From contig JAVZLQ010000002.1 in the NCBI GenBank assembly GCA_038883655.1, forward strand, positions 153,625 through 217,624: a DNA stretch of 64,000 nucleotides, read 5' to 3'. The translations under genes were made by a program, and so were the position numbers. A model generated the notes under the pieces. The model saw only the letters and a list, made by a program, of their open reading frames with translations. It made no database searches and was not told where the DNA came from. Of the stretch, positions 37,595-47,563 are shown in pieces (position 1 is the stretch's first letter; each line of letters begins with the position of its first letter). The stretch is from Candidatus Bathyarchaeia archaeon. GTDB taxonomy: Archaea > Thermoproteota > Bathyarchaeia > Bathyarchaeales > Bathycorpusculaceae.

Positions 37595-38224
37595 CTACCA
37601 TGAGCATGGAATGTATTCGCGCAACCTAAACTTGACGTTTAGGCTTTCTGCGATTTCCTTAACCTTTTTAACGTCAACCTCTGGGATTGCAACAGCGGTA
37701 ACTTCCACATCAAATATCTCTCTAGCCTTTCTTACAAAGTCGAGGACGCTTTCAAAAGCTTTTTCAAATTTTGGCTTGCAAACTTGTCTATAGGTTTCGC
37801 CGTCCTGAGCGTTTAGGCTAACGCTAATTCTGTTTACGCCAGCGTCGCGCAGTTCTTTTACTACGTCTCTTCCAACGTTAATTAGGTAGCCGTTGCCGTT
37901 GGTGTTCACTCTGATTGTTACTGGCTTGCCATAAAACCTTCTAATCCACATGCAAACTTGGACTACGGCGTCTAACCTCTCAAGAGGTTCGCCGAAGCCA
38001 CAGAATATTATTTCACTCCAGTTTCGCAGGTTTATAACGTTTTGCAGCTCATTTAAAATTTCCTTGATTGTTGGTTCCCTTTCCAGTTTGAGCTTGAATC
38101 CGCCTACGCCGTCTCTGAAATTTCTTATGCAGAAGTAGCAGTTGTTTGAACACCTATTTGTTATGTTTAAGTAAAGGTTGTTTCCAAGCCAGTAAACTAT
38201 ACTTGCACTCTTGCCCTTTTGCAT
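37595..38224 (-). CDS. Radical SAM protein, TatD-associated family
   Basis: YLNITNRCSNNCYFCIR, FCGFGEP, RVNTNG, SVSLNA. Confidence 0.85.
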   Translation of the reverse strand: MQKGKSASIVYWLGNNLYLNITNRCSNNCYFCIRNFRDGVGGFKLKLEREPTIKEILNELQNVINLRNWSEIIFCGFGEPLERLDAVVQVCMWIRRFYGKPVTIRVNTNGNGYLINVGRDVVKELRDAGVNRISVSLNAQDGETYRQVCKPKFEKAFESVLDFVRKAREIFDVEVTAVAIPEVDVKKVKEIAESLNVKFRLREYIPCSW

Positions 38225-38320
38225 GTGGCCCCCTCGTTTAAGTCATGTATGAGAGGGTGAATGAAAGAATTTAAATGCTGATGCCAGTTTATGCTTCTGT
38301 TATTGCGAGGGACACTAATC

Positions 38321-39949
38321 ATGGTTAAATACATTTTTGTAACGGGCGGCGTGTTAAGCTCTGTTGGTAAGGGAATTGTAACTTCTTCTATTGGAAAGAT
38401 GCTTCAGGCAAGGGGCTTTAAGGTTACAGCTGTGAAAATCGACCCCTACGTAAATGTTGACGCTGGGACAATGAACCCCTACATGCATGGAGAAGTTTAT
38501 GTCACCGATGATGGCGGCGAAACAGACCTAGACCTCGGCTGGTACGAACGCTTTTTGGACTTAAACCTTCGAAAGGACAATAACATCACAACTGGCTTGG
38601 TTTACAAGGCGGTTATTGAAAAAGAGCGTAAGGGCGACTTTCTCGGAAGGTGCGTTCAAATAGTACCACATGTGACAAACGAGATTAAAAGTCGCATACG
38701 CGCTGTTGCAAAACACGCTGATGTGGATGTTGTCTTAACTGAGGTTGGCGGAACAGTCGGCGACATTGAAGGCTTACCGTTTCTAGAGGCTATACGCCAA
38801 ATGCGCTTAGAAGAAGGTTACGAGAACACGCTTTACGTTCATGTTGCATTGGTTCCGATACTGGATGTTACAAAGGAGATGAAAACCAAACCGCTCCAGC
38901 ACAGCGTAAACGAGTTAAGGCGCATAGGTATTCAGCCAGATGTTATAGTTGCACGCTGTTCAGAAATGATAGACTCTGAAGCACTGCGTAAAATAGCGTT
39001 GTTTGGCACAATACCCGAAAACGCTGTTTTCTGCTCCTACAACGTCGAAACAATCTACCAAGTGCCACTAATTTTGGACGAGCAAGGCATGGGCGAATTC
39101 ATATGTAAAAGGCTTGAGCTTCCGCAGCACAAACCAGACTACGTCGAATGGAAACGCTTTGTTGATGCAATACTACAGCCAAAATACGAAGTGAAAATAG
39201 CTCTCGTTGGAAAATATGCTGGATTGGCTGACAGCTACGTAAGCATGAACGAGGCACTTCGTCACGCTGGCGCCGCTTGCAAGGCGGAAGTTTGCATAAG
39301 CTACATTGAAGCTGAAACCTTCGAAAAGAACCCCAAAGACGTGGAAAAACTGCGGGAGTATGATGGTATATTTGTGCCATACGGTTTTGGTCCGAGGGGC
39401 ACGGAAGGCAAGATAATGGCGATAAGGTTTGCAAGGGAAAACAACGTTCCTTTTCTCGGCATATGTTATGGCTTCCAACTTGCAGTTGTCGAATTCGCGA
39501 GACACGTATGCGGCTTAAAGGATGCAAGCAGCACAGAAATCAATCCTTCAACGCCCAATCCAGTAATTGACCTCATGCCAGAACAACGCGGAATAGAAAT
39601 CAAAGGCGCAACGATGCGCCTAGGGGCACACAAAATTATTGTTAAGCCTTGCACAACCGCGTATGCCCTCTACAAAAGCGAAGAAATCTATGAACGGCAC
39701 CGCCACAGATTCGAGGTTAACCTTAACTATTTAGAAACTTTTGAGAAGAACGGTCTAGTGTTTTCAGGAAAAAGCGCTGATGGAAGGCGCATGGAAATCC
39801 TTGAGTTGCCAAGTCACTTCTTCTTTTTTGCTTCGCAGTTCCACGGAGAATTCAAAAGCCGCCCTGGAAAGCCAGACCCAGAATATTACGGCTTTGTTAA
39901 GGCGTGTTTAGATAAAAAGTTGGGCAAGCCCAAGCCCGATTTTCAATAA
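38321..39949 (+). CDS. pyrG: CTP synthase
   Basis: [50 protein letters not shown]. Confidence 0.97.
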   Translation: MVKYIFVTGGVLSSVGKGIVTSSIGKMLQARGFKVTAVKIDPYVNVDAGTMNPYMHGEVYVTDDGGETDLDLGWYERFLDLNLRKDNNITTGLVYKAVIEKERKGDFLGRCVQIVPHVTNEIKSRIRAVAKHADVDVVLTEVGGTVGDIEGLPFLEAIRQMRLEEGYENTLYVHVALVPILDVTKEMKTKPLQHSVNELRRIGIQPDVIVARCSEMIDSEALRKIALFGTIPENAVFCSYNVETIYQVPLILDEQGMGEFICKRLELPQHKPDYVEWKRFVDAILQPKYEVKIALVGKYAGLADSYVSMNEALRHAGAACKAEVCISYIEAETFEKNPKDVEKLREYDGIFVPYGFGPRGTEGKIMAIRFARENNVPFLGICYGFQLAVVEFARHVCGLKDASSTEINPSTPNPVIDLMPEQRGIEIKGATMRLGAHKIIVKPCTTAYALYKSEEIYERHRHRFEVNLNYLETFEKNGLVFSGKSADGRRMEILELPSHFFFFASQFHGEFKSRPGKPDPEYYGFVKACLDKKLGKPKPDFQ

Positions 39950-40374
39950 ACCCTATGATATGGTCTCAAAAGCTCCTCAAGAATTGAGAGCATCGTTGGA
40001 ACCTTCGCCACAATATCGCTGAAGGTTATTATGCCCACAAGTTTGCCGTCATTCATCACTGGAAGACGTTTGACGCGCTTTTTCGCCATAAGTTTGGCTG
40101 CTTCCTCGATGCTTGCGTTTTCATTTATTGTTTGAACAGGGCTTGTCATAACTTGTCTTGCTGTTAGGGTTTCAGGCGCAAGGCAGGGCTCAACAAGTCG
40201 CCTTAAAATGTCGCGTTCAGTTATGATGCCTACTGGTCTATCTCCTTGAACAACTATTATTGAGCCTATGTCAAACTTGTTCATGGTTGCGACAACCTCC
40301 TTAACCGTGGTGTCTGGACGCACAACCCTAACATCCCTTGACATGATATCTCTAACCAAAACTATTCCAGCCAT
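39943..40374 (-). CDS. CBS-pair protein
   Basis: VRDIMS...GIITERD and VMTSPV...GIITFSD. Confidence 0.9.
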   Translation of the reverse strand: MAGIVLVRDIMSRDVRVVRPDTTVKEVVATMNKFDIGSIIVVQGDRPVGIITERDILRRLVEPCLAPETLTARQVMTSPVQTINENASIEEAAKLMAKKRVKRLPVMNDGKLVGIITFSDIVAKVPTMLSILEELLRPYHRVY

Positions 40375-40478
40375 ACGAAATTTTGCCTCCAACAACCTCT
40401 ACAATTTTATTGCATTAATCCCTTATTTATTTTGATGTGGTTAAAAATAGATGCACAAAGTTTGGAGAACATGCCTTC

Positions 40479-40979
40479 ATGAACTCTGAAAAGAGTGAAG
40501 CTTTTAGGAAACGCTTAGAAGAAGCCAAGAATTATAGTGAAATATGGGAAGTCGTTAAAGACACCGTTGAGTTTTCGCTTCACAAGCGCAGAGGTGGAAT
40601 GATGCTTTTTTTGGACGATCTGCCTATTCAACTAGGCGCTTACCATCCAATAGGAACAAACAACATAGTCTTAAACAGGCGTCTAGTTCAAATAGTCGAG
40701 GGCGCGCTCAAATCAAGGCGTGTTGTTAACGCTCTAGTTTATAATCTTCTTTTGCACGAGTATCTCCACGCTCTGGGCAAGTATTCAGAATTTGAAGTTA
40801 GACAACTTGTCTATGAGATTGCAAGGCAATGCTTCGGAGAAGAGCATGTGGTAACCGCTATTGCAAAGAAAAGTCCATGGGCTTTGCTTAGCGGCATACC
40901 GCTAGAAGCAGTTAATATTCCAAGGAAGGTTATGGAAATCGTGAAGGACTTCGAGAAAACAGATGGATATATAGTTTAA
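40479..40979 (+). CDS. Conserved archaeal HEXXH protein (putative metallopeptidase)
   Basis: LGAYHP.GTN.IVLN, LLHEYLHALG. Confidence 0.7.
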   Translation: MNSEKSEAFRKRLEEAKNYSEIWEVVKDTVEFSLHKRRGGMMLFLDDLPIQLGAYHPIGTNNIVLNRRLVQIVEGALKSRRVVNALVYNLLLHEYLHALGKYSEFEVRQLVYEIARQCFGEEHVVTAIAKKSPWALLSGIPLEAVNIPRKVMEIVKDFEKTDGYIV

Positions 40980-41029
40980 ATTTTGTGAAAAGAGATAAAT
41001 TAGATGGCACCTAGTTTTTATGACAGTCC

Positions 41030-41905
41030 ATGAATCTAAAAAGTGAAATTGGCAGGAACATACCGAACAAGTTCATTGAAAATGGAAAAATGTTAATCAG
41101 CAAAGTTACAGTTAAGCGCGACTTGAAAGAAAGCATTTTGCACGCTGTAAATTTGATTGGCGGCTTCAAGAAGGTTATTGAAAGCGGCGATGAGGTTCTC
41201 TTAAAACCAAACTATAACAGTGCAGACCCACCGCCAGCCTCAACAGACCCGAAATTTTTGAGAGTGTTGGTGGAGCTTCTTTACGAGCATGGCGCTGGAA
41301 AAGTTGTTGTGGGCGAATCTTCCATGCAGACGCTTTCAACTAGGAAGGTTATGGAGAAAACTGGCGCTTTAAAAGCGCTAAGCGATAGCGGGGCAGAACT
41401 CGTCTTTTTCGATGAGGGGAAATGGGTTAAGATTGATGTGGACGAAAAATACTTGAAGAAGGCGAGTTTGCCGGAAAGAGCCTTACGTGCTGATAAGCTT
41501 GTTTATTGTTGTTGTATGAAAACCCATTTTAAAGCGGATTTCTCATTTAGCCTAAAGCTTGCAGTAGGCTTTTTGAAGGGAAGCGAAAGGATAGCGCTCC
41601 ACTTAATGCATTTAAAAGAAAAAATTGTCGACTTGAACCTTGTGGTGCATCCAAACCTAATAGTTATGGATGGACGAAAATGTTTCATCACGGGCGGGCC
41701 ATTCAGCGGGGAAAAACGCGAACCAAACGTTATTCTTGCTTCTGGAGACCGCATAGCCATGGATGTTGAATCAATAAAGATAATTGAGAGTTTTGATGGC
41801 GCAGTTTTGAAGGGTGACCCATGGAGCTACACGCAAATAAAGCGTGCTGTTGAGCTTGGTTTAGGCGCAAAAAGCGAACAAGACTATCAAGTTATTTCTG
41901 AATAG
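41030..41905 (+). CDS. DUF362 family protein
   Basis: VLLKPN, STDP, VGESS, MKTH, IVMDG, DRIAMD. Confidence 0.85.
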   Translation: MNLKSEIGRNIPNKFIENGKMLISKVTVKRDLKESILHAVNLIGGFKKVIESGDEVLLKPNYNSADPPPASTDPKFLRVLVELLYEHGAGKVVVGESSMQTLSTRKVMEKTGALKALSDSGAELVFFDEGKWVKIDVDEKYLKKASLPERALRADKLVYCCCMKTHFKADFSFSLKLAVGFLKGSERIALHLMHLKEKIVDLNLVVHPNLIVMDGRKCFITGGPFSGEKREPNVILASGDRIAMDVESIKIIESFDGAVLKGDPWSYTQIKRAVELGLGAKSEQDYQVISE

Positions 41906-41914
41906 GCGCAAAGG

Positions 41915-42922
41915 CTACTTTACCCTTTCAAAGCGTATGATGTAAACAAGCTGGTTTTCGTCCCATTCCCCATAGCGTTCAATCCATTTCCGCTTAAACT
42001 CTTCTAGGGTGTAACCGCCCTCCCTTTTCGCGTCTTCTTCATCAAAATACTTCAGCTTCTTCCTTTCCACAGCAGTGATGCGCAAGTCCGCGACATGCGG
42101 TTCCCAGATGATGGCGCGGGCTACGGCTCCAACCTTAACCTTTGAGTCTGGCGCTTCGATGCTTGTGCGCTGTGTTTTAACTCCTTCAAGCAGAGGCTTC
42201 TTATCCTCAGCTGCGAAGGGCATTTCAAACGGCGCGCTTTTGACATCTTCAACAATTTTTTCTATGGGCTTTTCTGGTTCAAGTGCAACCTTCTTGATAA
42301 GCTCTTTTCGCTCTTTAACCGGAAGCCGCTCCTCAGCTAGCCTCTTAATAACCTCAACTTTCTTTTCTGGCTCCTTCAAAGAACGTCCAACAGCCACAGC
42401 AGTTTGATAATCAACTTTTCCTTCTGGCACATGCCCAGAAATAGTTGAAGGCGCAACATACCTATGCGCTTCTTCTGGAACGACCTCGGCGGCTTGAAGC
42501 CAAAGTGAAACAGCATTTACGCTTACACCTATCTTTCCAGCTAGGGCTGCCTTCGATGGATACTTAGCGCGGCATTTCTCCAGTAAATACTTGCACACCT
42601 TTCCCTTCTCGATCGCGTTTAAGTCTTCACGTTGAATGTTCTCGGTAAGGTTTAGTTGGACAACCTCGTCGTCGCTGTACGCTCTAACTATTGCTGGGAC
42701 TTTCTGTAATCCAGCCTGCTGCGAAGCCCTATAGCGCCTTTCGCCAACAACAACCTCGTACTCATCTGTGCCAGCTGGTCTAACTATTATTGGCTCGAGA
42801 AGCCCAACTTCACGTATGCTTGAAGCCAACTCATTAAGGCGTTCAATATTCAGCTCCAAACGCGGATTAAGCCTACTTGGACGAATCCGTTTAAGCTCTA
42901 TTTCCTTAATTGCTTCAGTCAT
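41915..42922 (-). CDS. ParB/Spo0J-family protein with C-terminal ASCH domain
   Basis: NPR, SIREVGLLEPI, GERRYRA, ENIQREDL and an HTH; the C-terminus has G.KTQ...DAKREGG..LEEF...W...YG...VYIIRF. Confidence 0.8.
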   Translation of the reverse strand: MTEAIKEIELKRIRPSRLNPRLELNIERLNELASSIREVGLLEPIIVRPAGTDEYEVVVGERRYRASQQAGLQKVPAIVRAYSDDEVVQLNLTENIQREDLNAIEKGKVCKYLLEKCRAKYPSKAALAGKIGVSVNAVSLWLQAAEVVPEEAHRYVAPSTISGHVPEGKVDYQTAVAVGRSLKEPEKKVEVIKRLAEERLPVKERKELIKKVALEPEKPIEKIVEDVKSAPFEMPFAAEDKKPLLEGVKTQRTSIEAPDSKVKVGAVARAIIWEPHVADLRITAVERKKLKYFDEEDAKREGGYTLEEFKRKWIERYGEWDENQLVYIIRFERVK

Positions 42923-42938
42923 GATTTACACCATGCGC

Positions 42939-43493
42939 TTACAATCCTATCTCGGAAGCCGCACCCTTCAAACCGTTTAGAGCTATTTCAAAAAACTTCT
43001 CTCTAGGAATTCCGATTTCCTCGCAGACGAGAATTCTTTCTCTGTCAGCGCCACGTGCAAAATCCTTATCCTTAAACTTTTTCGCGACGCTTTCAACCTT
43101 GACATCAGCCAACTTTTTAGAAGGCATAACTAAAGCGCAAGCTACAAGTAAACCCGAAACGGCATCAGAAGCAATCAACGCCTTTTCCATGCGAGTTTCT
43201 GGCATGACACCAGTATGCACAAAGTTATGCGCCTTAACCGCACGGACAACCTCCTCCGGCACAAGTCCTTTCAAAATTTCCTCAGCCAAGAGGCTATGTC
43301 TCTCTGGATTCGCCTCAGTCTTCTCATAATCCACATCATGAAGCAAGCCAACCAACCCCCACAATTCTTCGCTCTCTCCAAAATGTTTCGCCAAACTTCG
43401 CATTATTGCCTCAACAGCAAGCATGTGATAAACAACATTACGTTTGGTGACATGTTTCTTGACAAGGTTTAAGGCTTCATCACGCGTTAGCAA
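42939..43493 (-). CDS. HD-domain hydrolase (COG2316-like)
   Basis: HMLAVEA.M, GLLHDVD, AHN, K.KDKDFARG. Confidence 0.85.
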   Translation of the reverse strand: MLTRDEALNLVKKHVTKRNVVYHMLAVEAIMRSLAKHFGESEELWGLVGLLHDVDYEKTEANPERHSLLAEEILKGLVPEEVVRAVKAHNFVHTGVMPETRMEKALIASDAVSGLLVACALVMPSKKLADVKVESVAKKFKDKDFARGADRERILVCEEIGIPREKFFEIALNGLKGAASEIGL

Positions 43494-43556
43494 GAGCCCA
43501 CCCTAACCACACAATTTTGAGGTTTATCCTTATAAACTCTCAGGCAAGCAAATGAG

Positions 43557-44471
43557 CTATTCAAATCCTCCATACATCTGGTCTGGAGCAAGTATTCTTG
43601 GATATTTACTTCGTAGAAGCAACCTTGCGGCGTAGCACATGTGGCATGCATCAGCGTAGGCTTCTTCATGTGGCAAGTCAAATTCTTCAACCAGCGCTTT
43701 TGGACCGCCATTGATTAGAGGCTTAAGAATTGGATTTTCATGTGGATTGTACGTCTCAATTATTTTTGAGAATGACCTTTCCCAAGCATTGCCAATTGAA
43801 ATTCCTTGACAAACATGCACATAACCCAGCGGGTCTACATGAACACGCTCTGGACTAGCTAAATTTTCATATGGACATTTTGTATATTCAAGCCAGCTTT
43901 TCTTCTGCACTTTGTCAGCCAATTTTAAAGTTGCTCTGCCGCGGAACATTAAATCACAAAGGTCAACTTTCGCCCCTTCAATCTCACTGGGACATGGAGG
44001 CGCCACATCAGGGTATTTGACGGCTATAACCCCAACCTTTATGTTAAGCCTTTTTGCGGCTCTGACAGCGTTTTTCACATTTTCCGTTTCCCATACCTCG
44101 CCATGATAGATGTCGCTACTCGGGCTAAGTTCAACATCTCCTGCTTCAGCTATAGGCAATAACCATTCGACAGCATCATCCTGGCAGTTGGCCCAGTAAC
44201 AGTTTGAGAGAATCTCAACGTGGAAACCCATGTTCACTGCTTCTTTAACAGCCCTAACCATTATCGGGTAATAGAGAAACGGTTCTCCACCTTCTATCGA
44301 AATGTAATTCACGGTTCCAAGCTTTTTGGCAGAAGCCAAAATACTTCTTACCTGCTTGAGTGTGAAGGTGCCTTTCGATTCTGGGCTTCCCCAAACAAAG
44401 CAGTGATCACATTCTAAATCGCATTTGTAGGTTAGCAGAAAGTGAACACCTTTCAAATTCATTCGCACCAC
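43557..44471 (-). CDS. Radical SAM protein
   Basis: CDLECDHC, GGEPF, SPASM-like VHVCQGISIGN, CHMC. Confidence 0.85.
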   Translation of the reverse strand: MVRMNLKGVHFLLTYKCDLECDHCFVWGSPESKGTFTLKQVRSILASAKKLGTVNYISIEGGEPFLYYPIMVRAVKEAVNMGFHVEILSNCYWANCQDDAVEWLLPIAEAGDVELSPSSDIYHGEVWETENVKNAVRAAKRLNIKVGVIAVKYPDVAPPCPSEIEGAKVDLCDLMFRGRATLKLADKVQKKSWLEYTKCPYENLASPERVHVDPLGYVHVCQGISIGNAWERSFSKIIETYNPHENPILKPLINGGPKALVEEFDLPHEEAYADACHMCYAARLLLRSKYPRILAPDQMYGGFE

Positions 44472-44607
44472 CTGTTAAAGGTTATATTGTTGATTGTGGA
44501 ATTAAATGTTGGGACGCTTTAAAAGTCGCGCTTTTGTGGGCGGAATTAGGTAAAGTATATAATGTTGTTCAAAGTCCATTTTGCTTCATTGCTGGTGTAA
44601 AGCGCTG

Positions 44608-45681
44608 ATGGATTCGCTGAAGTTTAAGCTTACGTGGAAAAGTTTAATTCTGCCAGCGCTTGGAATAGTTGCTTTCATCATATACATTTATCTCTTCAAC
44701 GTGGACATACCAAAAATAATTGATATAATTAAAAAAGTAGACCTTTACTTTTATTCTTGGGCAATAATCTTCCTTTTTCTTCAGACATTCTTTTTCGCGC
44801 TTTCATGGCGCTTTTTGGTAAATTTTCTTTCAGTCAAGCTTTCGGTTGTAAGGGCATTCTTCTATGTTTGGTACGGCATTTTCATAGACATAATTATACC
44901 AGCAGAATCGCTAAGCGGAGAACTTTCAAAAGTATATTTAATTGCCAGGGAGCAAAACGGCACAAGCGGGAAAGTAGTTGCATCGCTTGCTGTTCAAAGA
45001 TTCATTGGAATGACGGTTAACGTACTAACGCTGCTCATGGGTGTCGGTCTGTTAATAGCCAAGGGAAAACTTGGCGGAATAATCCTAAACTTGGCTGTTT
45101 TCTTAACAATAACGATAACAGCTTTTCTTGCGGCTCTGCTCCTTCTATGCATAAAGGAGGAGTGGACCAAGAAAATTGTCGACTCAATTCTGAGGTTTGT
45201 TGAATGGATTGGACGTGGGCGCTTAAAACTGACAAAAATTAAGCGAGAAGTTGCTCAAGCCCTGCGAATTTTCCACGATTCAATGAAAAGTTTTGGACAT
45301 GCATACAAAACGCTTTTTGCGTCATCAATGTTTTTTATTGCCGCGTGGATCCTAAGCCTAGCATTGGATTATCTCATTTTTATGTCTGTGGGTTCCCCTG
45401 TGCCTTGGGAAGTCATAATGGTATCCGCCTCAATTTTTGTCGCTGTAAAATCGATTCCAATAGGCGTGCCCTTTGAGATCGGATTGCCGGAAATAACCAT
45501 GACGACGCTGTACATTGCTTTTGGTGTACCTCCAGATATAAGCGCGACTGTTACGGTTCTAAATAGGATTTTGACTTTGTGGCTTCGGTTTTTCGTTGGG
45601 TTTGCAATTCAAGAGTGGATTGAAATAAAGGCTATAAGAATGTTTAACCAAAGCGCAAGTGAAACGGCAGACAAAACCTAA
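44608..45681 (+). CDS. UPF0104/lysylphosphatidylglycerol-synthase-TM (flippase-like) membrane protein
   Basis: Multi-TM; IIPAESLSGE, P.GVP.EIG..E, NRILTLW. Confidence 0.8.
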   Translation: MDSLKFKLTWKSLILPALGIVAFIIYIYLFNVDIPKIIDIIKKVDLYFYSWAIIFLFLQTFFFALSWRFLVNFLSVKLSVVRAFFYVWYGIFIDIIIPAESLSGELSKVYLIAREQNGTSGKVVASLAVQRFIGMTVNVLTLLMGVGLLIAKGKLGGIILNLAVFLTITITAFLAALLLLCIKEEWTKKIVDSILRFVEWIGRGRLKLTKIKREVAQALRIFHDSMKSFGHAYKTLFASSMFFIAAWILSLALDYLIFMSVGSPVPWEVIMVSASIFVAVKSIPIGVPFEIGLPEITMTTLYIAFGVPPDISATVTVLNRILTLWLRFFVGFAIQEWIEIKAIRMFNQSASETADKT

Positions 45682-45710
45682 ATTATACTTTAACCTTTTT
45701 TCAATCGCTC

Positions 45711-46181
45711 TTGGTGGCGCAGATGCAAGTAACAGTTGAAGACGCTTCTCCTAAACATTTAGATAGGCTTTACGAGATTGAAATTAAATGTTTTGAAAAG
45801 GAAGCCTTCACGAAAGAGCAAATTGCCAGCCTCCTCACGAATTATAACGCGATAGGCTTAATTGCAAAATTGAACGAAGAAATAGTTGGCTTTATCATCG
45901 GCATGTTACATCAAGAAGAGGGCAAGACTGTTGGGCACATTTTGACTATAGATGTTTTGCCAGAATATCGCAGAAGGGGTATAGGGTTAAGACTCTTAAA
46001 CGAAATTGAGGAGATTTTTAGGGGCAAAGGCGCAAATGTCTGCGTCTTAGAGGTTCGGGAAGACAATATTGCAGCTTTAAGGCTTTACAAGAAACTTGGA
46101 TACAAAAAGATTGCAAAGCTCAAATATTATTATGGAGACGCGCATGGCATTTTCTTGCGCAAAGATTTAACTCAAATTTAA
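45711..46181 (+). CDS. rimI: N-terminal acetyltransferase RimI/Ard1
   Basis: GHILTIDV.PEYRRRGIG, LEVRE.N..A..LY, YYGD. Confidence 0.85.
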   Translation: MVAQMQVTVEDASPKHLDRLYEIEIKCFEKEAFTKEQIASLLTNYNAIGLIAKLNEEIVGFIIGMLHQEEGKTVGHILTIDVLPEYRRRGIGLRLLNEIEEIFRGKGANVCVLEVREDNIAALRLYKKLGYKKIAKLKYYYGDAHGIFLRKDLTQI

Positions 46182-46592
46182 GAGTTTCAGTTTAGTTTTT
46201 TCGTCAAAAGCCCTTTGGAGAATTACGTTCTCAAACGCAATTATTACTAGTTCAGCGGTTGCGCCCACAATCGAATTTTTCATTAAGTGTCCGCCGAATG
46301 CCTCGCATTTTTCGTTTGAGACAACAATGTGCGCATGAATTACTGTTTCGCCATTTTCGTCTACAGCGATGTTTCCCATGCAAGAAGCTATTTCAAGGGG
46401 CCCATCGATCCTTTTTGAGTAATATTGTCCCTCCCTGTAGAAGCCAAGCACAACCTCCTTTAAACTTCCAATTAGGATGAACATTCCCGCTTTTACCACG
46501 CTTTCCTCAGCCCTTTTCTTGATTGCATCAGCCAAGTCCTCCCCCTCTAAAAGGCGGAAAATGTAAACTTTTCCAATACTTCCTTTTGGCAT
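46167..46592 (-). CDS. PPC/DUF296 domain protein
   Basis: RL..GEDL, IGSL, EIASCMGN, HAHIV, GGHL. Confidence 0.88.
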   Translation of the reverse strand: MPKGSIGKVYIFRLLEGEDLADAIKKRAEESVVKAGMFILIGSLKEVVLGFYREGQYYSKRIDGPLEIASCMGNIAVDENGETVIHAHIVVSNEKCEAFGGHLMKNSIVGATAELVIIAFENVILQRAFDEKTKLKLLNLS

Positions 46593-46652
46593 TATCTGCC
46601 CTCCAACATTGTTTGAAACGTAAACTCTAAAAGGAGCTATGTCAAATATGTT

Positions 46653-46937
46653 TTGTGGTGGAAATTGCGCAGTAAAAAGAAGCGTGGAGAATCTCAGAGG
46701 CTTGTTAAGGCTATAGTTGTTCTTATTCGGAACACTACTTGGCGATGTGGCAGGCTTGAGAAGTCTATAGTTAGGCACCTTTATGCGCGTAAAGCTGGTT
46801 TTGGAAAGCCGGAGGCTCCAGTCACGGACATGATCAGAAGTTTTAATTTGTCTGGGAAAAAACGGAACGAATTTTTAGACGCGATTAGGCGTTTGGAGAG
46901 AAGGAATATCGTAAGAATCTTAAGCGTTATGAACTAA
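46653..46937 (+). CDS. Small basic hypothetical protein (possible winged helix)
   Basis: Fills the intergenic gap; DAIRRLERRNIV resembles a wHTH end. Start codon uncertain. Confidence 0.5.
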   Translation: MWWKLRSKKKRGESQRLVKAIVVLIRNTTWRCGRLEKSIVRHLYARKAGFGKPEAPVTDMIRSFNLSGKKRNEFLDAIRRLERRNIVRILSVMN

Positions 46938-46954
46938 CCCTTTAAAGGCTATCA

Positions 46955-47443
46955 CTAATATTTTTCAGTGAGCCTTTTTGCCTCGCTAATCCATCTGCCA
47001 GTTATTTTCGGCGAAATTTGGAGCTTTGAGGCTAAGTCCTCTGCTGAAGCTTTCGCTAGGTCTTCAAGCGTATTTATTCCAAGAGCCTTTAGCTGTTCTG
47101 AACGTTTTGCTCCGATACCCTTAACTTTTGTAAGTTCTGATGTGGGCAGCATCGACAATGGAGCAGCTTCAACAGTTATCTCCTTTTTCTCCTCTTGTAC
47201 TGTTTCGATGGTTGGTGATGGAGCGGGTGCAGGCTCTGGTGTTGGCGTAGGCGTTGGTGTTTGTGGCAGAGGTGCCGCTTGAGGTTTTGGTCTTTGAGTG
47301 TAACCTAACCCTATGAATAGAAATCCTAAAACCGTCGTTGTTATTATCCATAGTGGTTTAAGTTCAAGTTCGACGAATACGACCATTAGAGTTATGATGA
47401 AAAATATTATTGCCACTGCATAAAGGGCGTAATCTGAACGCAT
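46955..47443 (-). CDS. 2-TM protein with Pro/Thr linker and helix-hairpin-helix domain
   Basis: LTKVKGIGAKRSEQLKALGINTLEDLA (HhH_5/DUF4332-like). Confidence 0.75.
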   Translation of the reverse strand: MRSDYALYAVAIIFFIITLMVVFVELELKPLWIITTTVLGFLFIGLGYTQRPKPQAAPLPQTPTPTPTPEPAPAPSPTIETVQEEKKEITVEAAPLSMLPTSELTKVKGIGAKRSEQLKALGINTLEDLAKASAEDLASKLQISPKITGRWISEAKRLTEKY

Positions 47444-47563
47444 ACTTTTCTTCTCCCTACCCCATCTATGTTTTATGGAAGAGTTTAAATAATTTTCTAA
47501 ATTTCTGACATAAAAAGGCGGAAATTCGCTATTTTTGACGTTTCTTTCACCTTAATTTCAGCT

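Noticed and set aside
47215-47285. Short tandem-like repeats here and at about 31548-31610
   Set aside because: They encode Pro/Thr/Ala-rich protein linkers and are not DNA repeat elements.
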